Shown: positions 43,250-56,092 of the stretch, in pieces
Layout of the letters: each line of letters begins with the position of its first letter
How positions within the stretch are numbered: the stretch's first letter is position 1
From: Octopus sinensis
Taxonomy: Eukaryota
Assembly (NCBI RefSeq): GCF_006345805.1
Contig: NC_043008.1
Coordinates: forward strand, 53,816,001-53,880,000
Direction of reading: 5' to 3'
DNA length: 64,000 nt
The notes under the pieces: model-generated
Told to the model about the DNA's origin: nothing
What the model saw: only the letters and a program-made list of their open reading frames with translations
The model's database searches: none
Position numbers and translations under genes: made by a program

Positions 43250-43950
43250 CTTAGCGTTCAACCATATAATGATATCTTAATAATTCTGATACGACTCTAT
43301 CCTTCCTATTACTCTTTCGTTTTTCTCTCTTCCTTTCTCTTATTCTCTTACCTCCTCTTCTTCCACTATTCTATCCGTTTACTCTATCGTTTTCTCTCTT
43401 CCTTCCTCTTATTTTTTTACCTCCCCTTCTCCCATCTTTTTATCTCTGTTATACTATCTACAATTCTTTTCTTCTCCCCTTCACAGTTCTCTGTCACTCT
43501 CTCTCCCTCACTCTTCTTCCTTTGCTCACGTGGCTCCCACGTGACCATCGGCCAATTTTCTTTCTTTCCTCCTGTTGAAGCCTGACAAGGAAGACGTATT
43601 TTTGTCTGTCTCCTGTCCAAGCTTGTTTCTTCACTTTCGCCACCACAACCCCCTTTAGGTTCAGCATGCCCTTCCTGTTGTTTTCACTGTCCTATTTTTG
43701 TCACGAATTTTGACCCTCCGCAGAATCTCAAATTTTATTTAATTTTGCTTTGTGAGAGCAACTGTTTTCTCGAAGCGTATCTTGTCGTGAAATTCTCGAA
43801 ATACGGATAAGAAAAACAGTCGACAACTGATGAAGGGTCGTTCTTTGCGTTGTTTGCCTTGTTTTCCATTTGTTTCTTTCGTTGCTCGCATTCCATGACC
43901 TTGTACTTCTTATTTTTTGTAGTTCATGTTTTGTGACTTCCTGTGCCCAC
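43250..43950 (+). mobile_element. (TA)n-flanked dispersed repeat with a CT-rich 5' part
   Basis: The 3' ~270 bp is homologous to 33015-33280 on -. Confidence 0.7.
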
Positions 43951-44060
43951 ATATGCATATATATATACATATGCGTATGTATATATGCATATATATTATT
44001 ATTTATTTATACATACATACATATATGTATATATATATATATATATATAATATATATATA

Positions 44061-44094
<34 letters not shown>

Positions 44095-44099
<5 letters not shown>

Positions 44100-44372
44100 G
44101 GGAATAAATCCAAATTTACAGGGAAAAATCAGATTTAGGATTGAATCCAATTTTATAGTAAAATATTATATTATATTAAATTAGTTTAAAACTCGCCAAG
44201 AAGGTTTTGAAACCATCTGAAGAATGTCTCAAAGATGTGCTGAAATAAGACATGAAACGATCGTAGTGGTTATTTATAATTGTTAAATTTCTAAATTTAT
44301 ATAAATTATTTTATGTATTGGCTTAAGTCTTTCTTTGTTTGATTTGCATAATAGTGGTTTTGTCTCTAATTT

Positions 44373-44382
<10 letters not shown>
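44095..44382. mobile_element. (TA)n-flanked PLE-like mini element with an inverted end
   Basis: 17-nt inverted match between 44168-44184 and 44366-44382; carries a hammerhead; its end is shared with 32693-32736. Confidence 0.7.
44211..44271 (+). ncRNA. Type-I hammerhead ribozyme, intact core
   Basis: aaccat-CTGAAGA-atgtct-[18-nt loop]-agacat-GAAA-cgatcg-TA-gtggtt. Stem I is 6 bp (one U-G pair), stem II is a perfect 6 bp, stem III is the palindrome ACGATCGT, and the cleavage triplet is GUA at 44263-44265. Confidence 0.9.
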
Positions 44383-44403
<21 letters not shown>

Positions 44404-44654
44404 CCCCTCCCCCCGTAAATTTACAAGCATTTCATATTGTAAACACGCTGACCACACGCTATATGCATTCCTCTGCTGAAAACACTTATAATAGCCGCCA
44501 CAATTCTTGCAATCTCTTTCTTACTTTCTTGATGCATGTATATTATCTTAGTAGTAGTAGTAGTCATACTTATTTTTATAGTAGTAGTAGTAATTATTTT
44601 TACTTTTATCTATCATTATATGTGTGTGTGTATACATCCATATATATATATATA

Positions 44655-44818
44655 TACGACGGGCTTCTATCAGTTTCTGTCTGAAGATCCATTCACAAGT
44701 CTTTGGTCGGCCCCAGGCTATTGTGAAAGACACTCGCCCAAGGTGCCACGCAGTGGGACTGAAACCAGAACCATGCGGTTGGTAAGCAAGCTAATTACCA
44801 CACAGCCACTCCTGCGCT
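44655..44818 (-). mobile_element. SINE family B 5' part
   Basis: ...GGTGCCACGCAGTGGGACTGAAACC...TTACCACACAGCCACTCCTGCGC. Confidence 0.88.
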
Positions 44819-44824
44819 TATATC

Positions 44825-44863
<39 letters not shown>

Positions 44864-45476
44864 TGTACGTATGTATGTATATAATGAGCATGTGTATTTT
44901 AAACAAGAAGAATTTTATGTATAAATTTTCGACATAAAATAAGATATATACATGATGCACTAATTTTGTCATATGTCTCTTTAATGGATTTCTGGCAGGA
45001 TTCGGTAATATTTGAATGCAATACTCCATTTAACATTCTCTGTTAATATCCTTTCTCTCTCTCCTCTCTCTCTCGATATGTGTAGATTGTTGTTATTGTT
45101 GGAATTATTGTCATGTTTTGTTTACAGTCGCTCATTCTGCAGGTTTAATCACACACTTTCCGCTACCACAATTTCTACTTATTTGTTTCCCAGTAACACA
45201 AGAAATATATGAAAAAACTGGTGTCGCCCGCTTCTCATTTGAATGGCACTATATAACGCTCCGAAATAGCAATATGTATTCCTATTCCCTGAAAGATGTA
45301 TGCATATGTGTGGGTATGTATGTGTGTTGTGTGTGTATATATGCTTAAGTGTGAATATGCTTGTATTTTTGAATGTTTGCATGTACATATTTATATATGT
45401 GTGAGCGAGTGCTTCTGTATGTGTGTTTATAATGATATATATTATACGTATATATTTATTTATATGTGAATGAAGG

Positions 45477-45533
<57 letters not shown>

Positions 45534-45554
45534 TAGATAGATAGATAGTAGATA

Positions 45555-45636
<82 letters not shown>

Positions 45637-45644
45637 TTATAGAT

Positions 45645-45691
<47 letters not shown>

Positions 45692-45703
45692 TAGATTAGA
45701 TAA

Positions 45704-45791
<88 letters not shown>

Positions 45792-45800
45792 CAGATAGAT
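45477..45800. repeat. (GATA)n microsatellite
   Basis: Directly visible. Confidence 0.97.
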
Positions 45801-45960
45801 ATGTTTCTTTATTAGCTACACAGGGCTGCACACAGACGGGACAGATTACAAAGTAGAGCTTTTCTGTTTTGGGGAAGAATAAAAAGGGTGGGTTAGGTTT
45901 TCGATCAAAAGGGATCGTAAAAGGGAAAGAAGAAAGAAAAAAGAAAAAGAAAAGAAAAAA
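45801..45960 (-). mobile_element. LINE-like 3' UTR fragment embedded in (TATC)n
   Basis: On - it ends ...TTTGTAATCTGTCCCGTCTGTGTGCAGCCCTGTGTAGCTAATAAAGAAACAT-(ATCT)n, with GATA repeats on both sides. The clade is not assignable without an ORF. Confidence 0.6.
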
Positions 45961-46279
45961 AGATAGATAGATGTGAGATGCTTTCAATGCCACAGCCAGT
46001 GATGTTTGTTCGATGCACCGCCGTGTATCCGTGTAGCCGTGATGCCAAAGGTAAAAAATACTATTTTTCATTCACCGACCGTTTGCGCCTGTTGTCCGGA
46101 AGACCAGTGAATTTAGGTTTTATTAGATGGAAACACCGGACCCGCTTCCCCTCAGCTGTTTCACACTTCATAAGAAGTTGTGAATCCGAGAATGTGTTGA
46201 ATAGACATGTTAAATAGTAGACCGATCCTTCTGTATTTTGTTTTACCCAAAGCCAGGAACTTTGCAGCAACCACTCGTC

Positions 46280-46385
46280 CATCCATCCATCCATCCATCT
46301 ATATATATTATATTATCTATATATATATATGTTCATATAATATATATAATTATATATTTATATATATATTATTTATATATATATA

Positions 46386-46430
<45 letters not shown>

Positions 46431-46669
46431 GTATAGTGAGAGAGAGAGAGAGAGTGAGAGAGAGTGAGTGACTATAGCTATACGCATAAAATATATGCTA
46501 TACATCTATGTACACACACATACAAGTGCCAACACTTGAAACTCTCAGACCTTGAGTCACTCTGTTACTTTTGTTAAATATTAATAAAAATATACACATA
46601 CTATTTTGAGTTCTATTTCTCCTGTTCCCATCAATATACCCCTCTACTTTCTACACACACACACACACA

Positions 46670-46732
<63 letters not shown>

Positions 46733-46893
46733 TATCATTCCTTAGGTTTAAAATGTGTGTGTTTCCATAAACAGCAACATTTTTGCCTAGAACATTTTTT
46801 GCTCTCAACTCTCTAAATAATTACTGCCAAATATATGCATGCAACTAGCATAACTGCAAATAGCTTACATGCTCTTAGTCGCTCTCCCCCCTC

Positions 46894-46927
<34 letters not shown>

Positions 46928-47812
46928 AAATATCTAAATATCTATCTGTCCATCTATGTATCTCTATTTGTCTCTCTATCTCTCTCACAAACAAACTCAC
47001 ACAACACACACACACATTTTTATCTGTGCATCTGTGTATCTGTATATGTGTCTACGTGAGTCTGTATATGCATTTAAGTTCATGCATATACGTGCCTATA
47101 CATCACGTATGTGCATATACTTCCTTAACAATATAAATAGCTTTGTCGATATGCGTATCTGCTTGTACATATGTGTTTGCATAAGCTTTCAAAACATTTT
47201 ATTTCTAACGTTATTGATAATTTGATTAAGAAACGAATCATACTCGCTAACTTCTACTTTCTTACCCGAAATATCCATCAAACGCTTATTGCACTTGATG
47301 ACATTTCGGTGATGTTAACATTACGTTGTTTCTCTCTTGCTACTTATTTCTGAAAGAACGAAATTGTTTGGCCTGATACACACACATACACACACACACT
47401 CACACACACACACACACACACTCATACACACACTCAAAATATTAAATCTCCTTTTACGTTTTACTTACACTACTTTGTAAAAAAAGTAATAGCTACCTTC
47501 GTTCGATACTTATTTCACATTGCTGTACTTATAGTATCCATTATAATTGAAATGATATTTACAAAGACAGAACATAATAGTGGATGGCATTCATTCGAAC
47601 CGAGCAAATTTAGTTTACTTTAATATATATACATGTATACTTGAATATATATACATGTATACAAACACAGACGCACACGCACATACACACATATATATAT
47701 CTACATATGTATGTATGTGAATACGTATATATATGTATATATATATATATGTATATATCCATATACATATTTATGCATATGTATATATACACATATATAT
47801 ATTGTATGTATG

Positions 47813-47849
<37 letters not shown>

Positions 47850-47890
47850 GTATGTACATATATACATACATGCATAAATACATACATACA

Positions 47891-47924
<34 letters not shown>

Positions 47925-48000
47925 CATACATACATACATACATACATACATACATACATACATACATACATACATACACACTCACACACATATATGTATA
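46280..48000. repeat. Microsatellite-rich interval: (TA)n, (CA)n, (CT)n, (CATA)n
   Basis: Directly visible runs separated by short unique stretches. Confidence 0.85.
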
Positions 48001-48002
48001 CA

Positions 48003-48292
48003 TGCATGAAAATCCTGGCTGCCCCACACTTTCCGTCCGTAACTGCCCTGTAGAAATATCTCCACCTCACCCGTTTCCCTTTAGTCGCTGCCTTCTCGTC
48101 TCATATCCATGACACCAATCATGCCTTTCGCCGCTTCAATTCCTTCTCCTGCTTCCCCTGGCCCTTCACGATTCCTTTTCACCATAGATATAAAATCCCT
48201 GCACACTGTGATCCCCAACAAGGACGGCCTCTTAGCTTGTCAATAATTCCTCGACCGTCGCCGCGTTCCCACACCCAGCACATACACCCTTA
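48003..48292 (+). mobile_element. Penelope-like reverse transcriptase fragment, pseudogenised
   Basis: Across frameshifts: HENPGCPTLSVRNCPVEIS / SLPS / IHDTNHAFRRFNSFS / FLFTIDIKSLHTVIPNKDGLLACQ*FLDRRRVPTPSTYTL. This matches the PLE RT motifs PGRPIVS.CPTE, YIxDT and FTMDVxSLYTxIP. Confidence 0.85.
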
Positions 48293-48299
48293 GGGTATT

Positions 48300-48545
48300 G
48301 GACTTTCAATTACCAACATCGTGGTTTCTATTCCCAAACCGGAAACCGGGTGGTGCGTTGTGCGCATGAGCAAAACACTTCAACTTCACGTTGCTCTGCC
48401 GCCATCTCTTCGACACCTGACGCGTGACACCATGCACCTGTTTAGGCAACGTCGATTGGCTGGAGGAAGTGATCTGGTGTACAGCACAAACATTTGATCA
48501 CTGAAAACAAATCATTTGTCCACGTCGTTCGGCAAAATCTGAACA
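48300..48545 (+). mobile_element. tRNA-derived SINE with family C-type head, decayed
   Basis: GTGGTTTCTATTCCC...TGAGCAAAACACTTCAACTTCACGTTGCTC. Confidence 0.65.
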
Positions 48546-48591
48546 CGCCATTATGAACTTTATTTCTACTACCATTACATTGCTTGAAACG

Positions 48592-48810
48592 CGACGAGTT
48601 GGCAGACTCGTTAGCACGTCGGGTGAAATACTTAGCGGCATTTCATCCGTCTTTACGTTCTGAGTTCATAACCCGCCGAGTCCTCTTCGTCTTTTATCAT
48701 TTCCGTGTCGATGAAATACATACCAGTTGTCTACTGAGGTTGATGTAATCGACTAGCCCCACCCCGCGTCCAAAACTTCCGGAATTGTGCCTATAGCAGA
48801 AAATATTACA
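48592..48810 (+). mobile_element. SINE family A, short-tail subfamily
   Basis: CGAGTTGGCAGACTCGTTAGCACG...TTACGTTCTGAGTTCA...GATGTAATCGACTAGCCCC...TTGTGCCTATAG. Confidence 0.85.
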
Positions 48811-48835
48811 TTGTAAAATATACAACTCAAAAATG

Positions 48836-49255
48836 TGGTGAGCTGGCAGAATCGTTAAAACGCCAGGCAAAATGCTTAGCGGTATTTTGTCTGCCATTAC
48901 GTTCAGAGTTCAAATTCCGCCGAGGTCGACTTCGCCTATCATCCTTTCGGGGTCGTTTAAATAAGTACCAGTTACGCTCTGGGGTCGATATAATCGACTT
49001 AATCCGTTTGTCTGTCTTTGTTTGTCCTCTCTGTGTTTAGCCCCTTGTGGGTAGTAAAGAAATAGGTATTTCGTCTGCCGTTACGTTCAGAGTTCAAATT
49101 CCGCCGAGGTCGACTTTGCCTTTCATCCTTTCGGGGTCGATCAAATAAGTACCAGTTACGCTCTGGGGGTCGATATAATCGACTTAATCCGTTTGTCTGT
49201 CCTTGTTTGTGCTCTCTGTGTTTAGCCCCTTGTGTCTAGTAAAGAAATTGGTATT
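48836..49255 (+). mobile_element. SINE family A with a tandemly duplicated body
   Basis: One head followed by near-identical units at 48881-49064 and 49065-49249, each starting GGTATT. Confidence 0.92.
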
Positions 49256-51585
49256 CCGGCCGCCTTAGCAGTATTTAGTCGACTAAGCATTCTATCCGTT
49301 CAGGCTCGATAAAATAAATATCAGCTTATCTACACATGGGTATGAGTATAAATATCTGCATCCTTCTGCCAAGCCACGTCGAGCCAATGTGGTAGATTAG
49401 GCTCATGAAACCAGTATGATCTCAAAGCAGCATTTTAGCGGAGAGAACATGCCGAGGTTTTCGTTTTATAGTGGACTATACATAGACAATGCAATTCAAA
49501 ATTTTAAAATGTATTCTTTCAATGCAGCCCGGTACCAAATGGTAAGGGACCCCTGCTTTAAACAGTTACTAATAGATCCATTTTATACGCCATGAAAATT
49601 TCTTTTGAGAGCAGCTCATTAATAGAATGGGTTAAAATCAATCTTTTTATCTCAGTGAATTAACTCAAAGTTTTCTTGTTTCAGTATCATCAAGGTTAGG
49701 ATTGTCAGCTAACATATTCCGGGTTCGTTGTTCGACAGTTTTTCTTATTATTCATATAGTTAGTATAACGAATCAAGTAATACTGAGTTCCTCGGGGCAT
49801 ACAGAGTTTCTTGGGTACTTTAACTGATTCATTAGATTTCCTTAATTGCAATGTTGTTGTTGTTGGTATGAATGTGTCGTTAATGAGTTCTTGCTCAGCC
49901 CTCCAGCAACAAATGAGTGCGTTTCTCTCTAATGGTATAAATGATTGCACGAAGATTGCCATCACTTATTTTTGTTTTGTTGGGTACCTTTTTCCAAGAG
50001 ATAAGAACGGTCTGTAGCATGTGAGTATAAGCGCTATGAAGCTTTGTCTTCAGATGTCTTGTAACTCTCTCAAACAATAAGGTGTGCATGCGTATATGTA
50101 TGGATATATCTAAATATACATGTATCATAGTCCAGCGAAACAATATAGTGATCAACCTTTTGAAGACTCTAATTGTTTCGCTGGTGATCTACCAAACACT
50201 ATGTGAGATTGTGACCAGTGGCCTCATCGAGTCAAACAAAACCGAGCAAAAGCTTCCAGGTAATGATAAAAACCTGCTGGCATATATTGACCTGAAACAT
50301 TTAATCTAATTCAGCAGCTCATCTAAAGATCAGTTTTGGGGCAAGGTCTTCAACAGAATCTTATAATCAGCTGTATCGAAAGCTAAAATATAAGAGACCA
50401 GCATACGCCATTGGATAGATCGTTTACTTTAGTACATTCAAACGTCGACTCATATGGTGAACTTCTGAACATACTTGTGTTCTCGGTCAGACTTTCACAA
50501 AAAAAGATGTCAGCTCTTTCCTGTTATGTGTGAAAAATCCCAGTGGGTTAATTTCTAAATTTTTATCAATTATCTTCGCTGCGTTGTTAGTTGATTGAGT
50601 CACTGCTAAATTGGAAAAATGTGGTTGCATGCAGCTTTTCAGTCAACCAGATTTGTGAAGCTAATTGTCGTATATCCCGCCAAAAGTTTTTAACCAAATC
50701 ACACTTCTCCGTCAAATCACACTTTACTTTATTAAAAGAGGAGAAAATATATTACGTAATGATAATGATATACTGCATAAGAATAATGATAAGCTATCTC
50801 TAGACAATGTGTTAGCTGTCTTAAAAAGCATATATTTCCTCTATTGACGATGATCATGACTTTAAGAACAATAAATATATCTTACATAAGCAACCTATAG
50901 AAGCTAGGTTAATAACTGCTTCTAATGTTTCATATTCCCGCAATGATTCCAAAACTGATGGTTTAATATCAGTGATATATTTTATGCTTAGTCGAGGAGA
51001 AAGTTAGTCGTTTATTATGAATAATGGTTATTTCTATCGGGATATGTCTTTCCTATTCTTCTCATTTCTCAAAGAAAACTATTACATAGAGAGAAATCGT
51101 ATGACAAATTATCTATTAAATACAAAAATAAAAAAAGGTTCTGCTGTTGCATTTTACTTGAAAGTTATTGCAACCATATTACTAAGTCAGGCAAGTTAGA
51201 GCTATCTTAGAGTTGTGAAGAAAACAATTCTAATTAATTAGTAATACTTATTTTATGAGAAGAGAGCATTAGCCTAATTGCTAATATTATTTAATGATGT
51301 AACTTTAGCAAGAAGGAGCAATTATTCTCAGCGGCGACTCTATGAGCGTGAGCAAGAACACACATACCCACACACCACGGTTATATATATATACATGCAT
51401 ATGTATACATACATATGTGTGTGTAAATATATATATATATATACAGAGAGAGGGTTGGTGATGTCCAGTACCCATATATGCATATATATGTATTTACTAT
51501 TATTATTATTATACATACACACAAAAAACATACATACATACATACATATATATATATATATACATAAATACATATATATATATAT

Positions 51586-51654
<69 letters not shown>

Positions 51655-51664
51655 AACAATATAT

Positions 51665-51800
51665 GTAGTGGGCTATGTGGTAAGTAGCTTGCTTACCAAC
51701 CACATGGCTCCCGGTTCAGTCCCACTGCGTTGTACCACGGTCCCACCAAAGCCTTGTGAGTGGATTTGATAGACAGAAACTGAAAGAAGACCGTCGTGTG
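51665..51800 (+). mobile_element. SINE family B 5' part
   Basis: GGCTATGTGGTAAGTAGCTTGCTTACCAACCACATGG...AAAGCCTTGTGAGTGGATTTG. Confidence 0.85.
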
Positions 51801-52825
51801 TGTTTTTGTATAGCAAATGCTTTGTACGAACACAAACTGTGTCGATAGCCAGCCGAAAAAGATGTTTTCTTGGGTTGACAACAATACTAACATATCCATT
51901 ATAGGACTGCCACGTTCTGTTGGCATATTACTAATATATATGCACACACACAGATATGCAATAAATTTGGCTTATTTGCAATTTACAACCGGAAGGCAGA
52001 ACTATAGACTTCCCTAATGTGACGAAGGTTACTTAGCACCAGTATTGCTAGAAATAAGAGGCAGAACAACTCTTAGCCGCGATAAAGCACTTATCTTTTG
52101 CCTCGGAAGCCATGAGGAGTTTGCCTCCCTTTTCAGTCATAATTGCTTTATCGTGGCTAAGAATTGTTTTAACTTTTATTTCTAATCATCCAGAAGTAGA
52201 TAACTATGCCTACATGTACCAAATTCTCACTAACTGTTTTAAGTTGCTGTATGGTCGCGAGCAGACAAACATCCGGTTATTAACTGACTCGCAAAACTTC
52301 GAAGATGTTGCTGCTGGAAGGAGGAATGTCTGCAGCAGCAGGAAGCTAGAATTTATTTTCGATCGAGTAGTTTCAAGCAACATGAAATGAATTACATTGC
52401 TCAAGGATATAACGCTCCATCTCGTACAGTATTCGAACCTATCACCCTATGAGAGTGAGCCCAGTATACCTGCCCACAGGTCTATATTATATCCATATTT
52501 ATCTATCATGAATTGACATATAAAAACTAATACACGCTGTTAACTGAAAGATATATAAAGATATACTTTATCCATAGGTATTTTGTAAATATTCTTCAAA
52601 CTCAACCTCATGATTCTCTCTCTCTTCTTTCTCACTGTTTCTTTTTCTCTTTATATGTTTATATATATATATATTAACGCCTATGCGTTATTATATGATA
52701 GTTTCTTCTAACATATAATATATAATATATATCATGTGCGTCTATATATATATATACACAGATATATGTACATACACACATATATATGTATACACGCATA
52801 TATATATATATGTACATATACACAC

Positions 52826-52866
<41 letters not shown>

Positions 52867-52886
52867 TATATATATATCTATATTAT

Positions 52887-52933
<47 letters not shown>

Positions 52934-54787
52934 TATATATATTATATATATGTACAAATACATATATAAACATATATATAAATTGTGCATATGACAGTAT
53001 GTGGTCTTTATTGATTTCGTTTTTGTTAGAACCCTACCAGTAGAGTGATAGAATATATTATGTGATATCATTCAATATTCTCTAGCATGTATCTATGTAA
53101 ATATTTAAGCATTTCTAATAGCAGTCTACTTAATATGAAAGCAAAGTAGTTCGTGTATTTTTCTAATTTTATTTTTTACGGTTTTTTTCCCTATATATCA
53201 GATATCAATAATATATCACGCATGTTTACATTAATATTTATCAATACAATGTTAACTTTTCCTAAGTAATATTTCCAAGTCATTACTTTCTATGGTATCA
53301 CATATCTTTTACCGATAACCTATACAGATCTTCAATATATGTTGTATACACAATATACTTCAATATATGTTGTATATATAAAGGGAAGATAAAGGAGTGA
53401 AGGTGTAATTCAATACTTCTATGAGTCAGTAGTGTCTCGGCGGGAACAGGTATAATCGATAACCTTATGTCAGTCAGGGGTGTTTATACAGTGAAACATA
53501 TATTTCTCATAAATCATATAAGGACTTAACCCTTCTTTTCACACATTAATTGATTGAGTACAAACTACATTTGTTCATGAATAACAACGCGCAGATGTTC
53601 GATAGTAAACTACGAAATACTAAAAATTCAGAAATATTCGCTGACCTTTGTAACAGACTTAAATCTGTTTAGGTGTAATTTTATCTATGATACATATGAC
53701 ACTAAACTGATCTTATAAACTTTACATATTACTGCACATATTCGTGCTATCCTTTTTCATCAAATGCATAATATATCTGAAAGAATGCTAATGAGATATT
53801 ACAACATTACTGTTGAGAGTGTGATTATAATCGTTATGTTATGCTAATATAGATTAACCCAGTTCTTTACCAAGAACTATAATTACGACCGCAATGATAC
53901 TTCGTGACATGTTGCTTTTGCGATATTGTGGTAATGAATCTGGGTGTTACGTCTTCTGTTCACACCCTGTGCTTGTTGTATGGTGTGGTATCATTCTCAT
54001 CGTGGAATTATAATTCGTAGTATAGCTTCTGATGAGATATTTCTTACTCTCTAGATAGTTTATGATCGACATACGCTTACAGAAACATCTTGAATACATT
54101 TGTAATATAGTTCTAAATGAATGATTATGCAGTAAAAGTAAAGAAATATGAATTGTTTAAGAGCGCTGTCGTTTCAAATAATTGTTTAGTTTTGAAGATT
54201 TCCAGCAGATATCAAGACTGGGTTTATTTATATTAATAATTACAATGGCTAATATTGCATTCAAATAATTAATGAATATTGGCCGAACATCCAATTTTAA
54301 TTACCTCATTGTCATCATTTATGATCTGGGAATCACATGGCATAATCAGTTGATGGCTTGTCCATTATGGTTTTGGTAGAACTCATAAATTTTCCGAGGG
54401 AAAGTTTGCATCGGAAGATTGGTCTATTGTTTCTACAATGTATTACCATCCATTTGCTATGCCTTGTGCCAGAAACGTCTAACGATATAATTTGTGTACA
54501 GGTAGTAACAGATTCTGTATTCAAGTTATGTCAGAATCTCTTTCACAAAGATCTTACAAAACCGTAACTGCCCTTATGCCATTGCACCTATATACCGATG
54601 TGCAAATGTGCCGATGTACATGCGTGTGCTAAATGTGAAATATTATACAGATGTTTTGAACACTGAGCAGAAACACAAAACTTTGTAGCTGATTCCTTGG
54701 TCTGAGTCTTAAAGCTAATAAAAAGATTATGCCTGTGTATAGGCAGTTGCTATTTAGGCTATTAGCAAGAGATCCTGGGCCCTGACA

Positions 54788-55025
54788 GTGGAGGCCGCGT
54801 GATCAGGAGGTTAGGATGTTGCATTCATGATCACAAGATCGAGGTTTCGATTTCCAAAGCGGTCTGTACATTGCGTTGTTGAGCAGAACACTTTATGTTA
54901 AATTTCTGTAAATGAGTAACTCTGCAACAGACTAGCGCCCCGTTCAAGGGAATGTCGTGTTCTCACTCACTCATACGCCATGGAAACCGCATAACCGATG
55001 GTGTGCATTCTAGGGCTCAAGGCAG
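54788..55025 (+). mobile_element. tRNA-derived SINE related to 63570-63885
   Basis: GTGGAGGCCGCGTG...GAGGTTTCGATTCC...CAGACTAGCGCCCCGTTCAAGGG...CGCCATGGAAACCG. Confidence 0.7.
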
Positions 55026-55534
55026 TAATGTCCAGGCATTGAGGTTAGTTAGTTCTTATTTGCTGGGGAATAAAGTCAATTTGAACTGTATCCTCAATTC
55101 TACCATTTATGACATGACATCATTGATATGACATTGACAAATGCTGAGAATATCGGGGAATCTTCAAGCCCAGAATAAGGGGGAAATACTTGATCGACAT
55201 GTCCAAGATTCTTATACAATGAATGTCGTGTATTTACAGACCTACGCTAAAGAATTATAACAAAAAAAAAGCAGTCGTATTCAGATATGTATTGTGTCCA
55301 GCGTAAGCAGTTCTCTTTTTCTTTCAACAATGATAATCAATTAGTATTTCTTTGACTGTAATTGATTGTAACCATGACGACAGTTGAAATGGACAAGATA
55401 GAAAGTTGTCAAAAGTCTGTTATTTCTGCTCTGATGGAAATCTGATTAATTCTTCGAATAATGCGATTGGAGTTTGTCGCAGAATAAATGACATAGGAGG
55501 TGGGTGAGATTGGAATTTGATTGTGGGAAAAATC

Positions 55535-55575
55535 TGAGTGGATTTGGTAGGTGGAAACTGATAGAAGCCTGTCAT

Positions 55576-55643
<68 letters not shown>

Positions 55644-55815
55644 GACGGGTTTGTTTCAGTTTCCGTCTACCAAATCCACTCACAAGGCAATGTTCGTTCT
55701 GAGGCCATAGTAGAACAAACATGCCCGTGGAACAAACATGCCCGTAGAACAAACATGCCACACGGGGACTGAACCACGGGGACCATGTGGTTAGGACGCA
55801 AGCTTCTAACCACAA
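55535..55815. mobile_element. Inverted pair of SINE B pieces around (CA)n(TA)n
   Basis: 55535-55576 on + is complementary to 55641-55682. The minus copy continues to 55815 and contains a triplicated 17-mer GTAGAACAAACATGCCC. Confidence 0.85.
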
Positions 55816-56050
55816 CCAATATTTTTTAGAAATAACTTAAAGTGACAATGTTTTTTTAAAGAGAACGGTGGCTTAAAAGTTACAGAAACTTCTAAATGAA
55901 CGAAAAGACGAAGTAGACGAAAGCTAATGTAACTGAATAACTCACCAGACAAGATTATATAAGTTATCTGGAAAATTAAGTGGAAAATTTATGGAGGAGG
56001 CATCACATACATACGTACGTACGCATATATATATATGCATAATGTATATG

Positions 56051-56092
<42 letters not shown>

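Noticed and set aside
45975-46280. Possible LINE ORF1 remnant on the - strand (EGKRVRCF)
   Set aside because: The resemblance to a zinc-knuckle region is too short and frameshifted to support.
54020-54090. CTGATGA motif, also CTGACGA at about 35780 and CTGAAGA at about 32444
   Set aside because: No correctly spaced GAAA/UH with paired stems.
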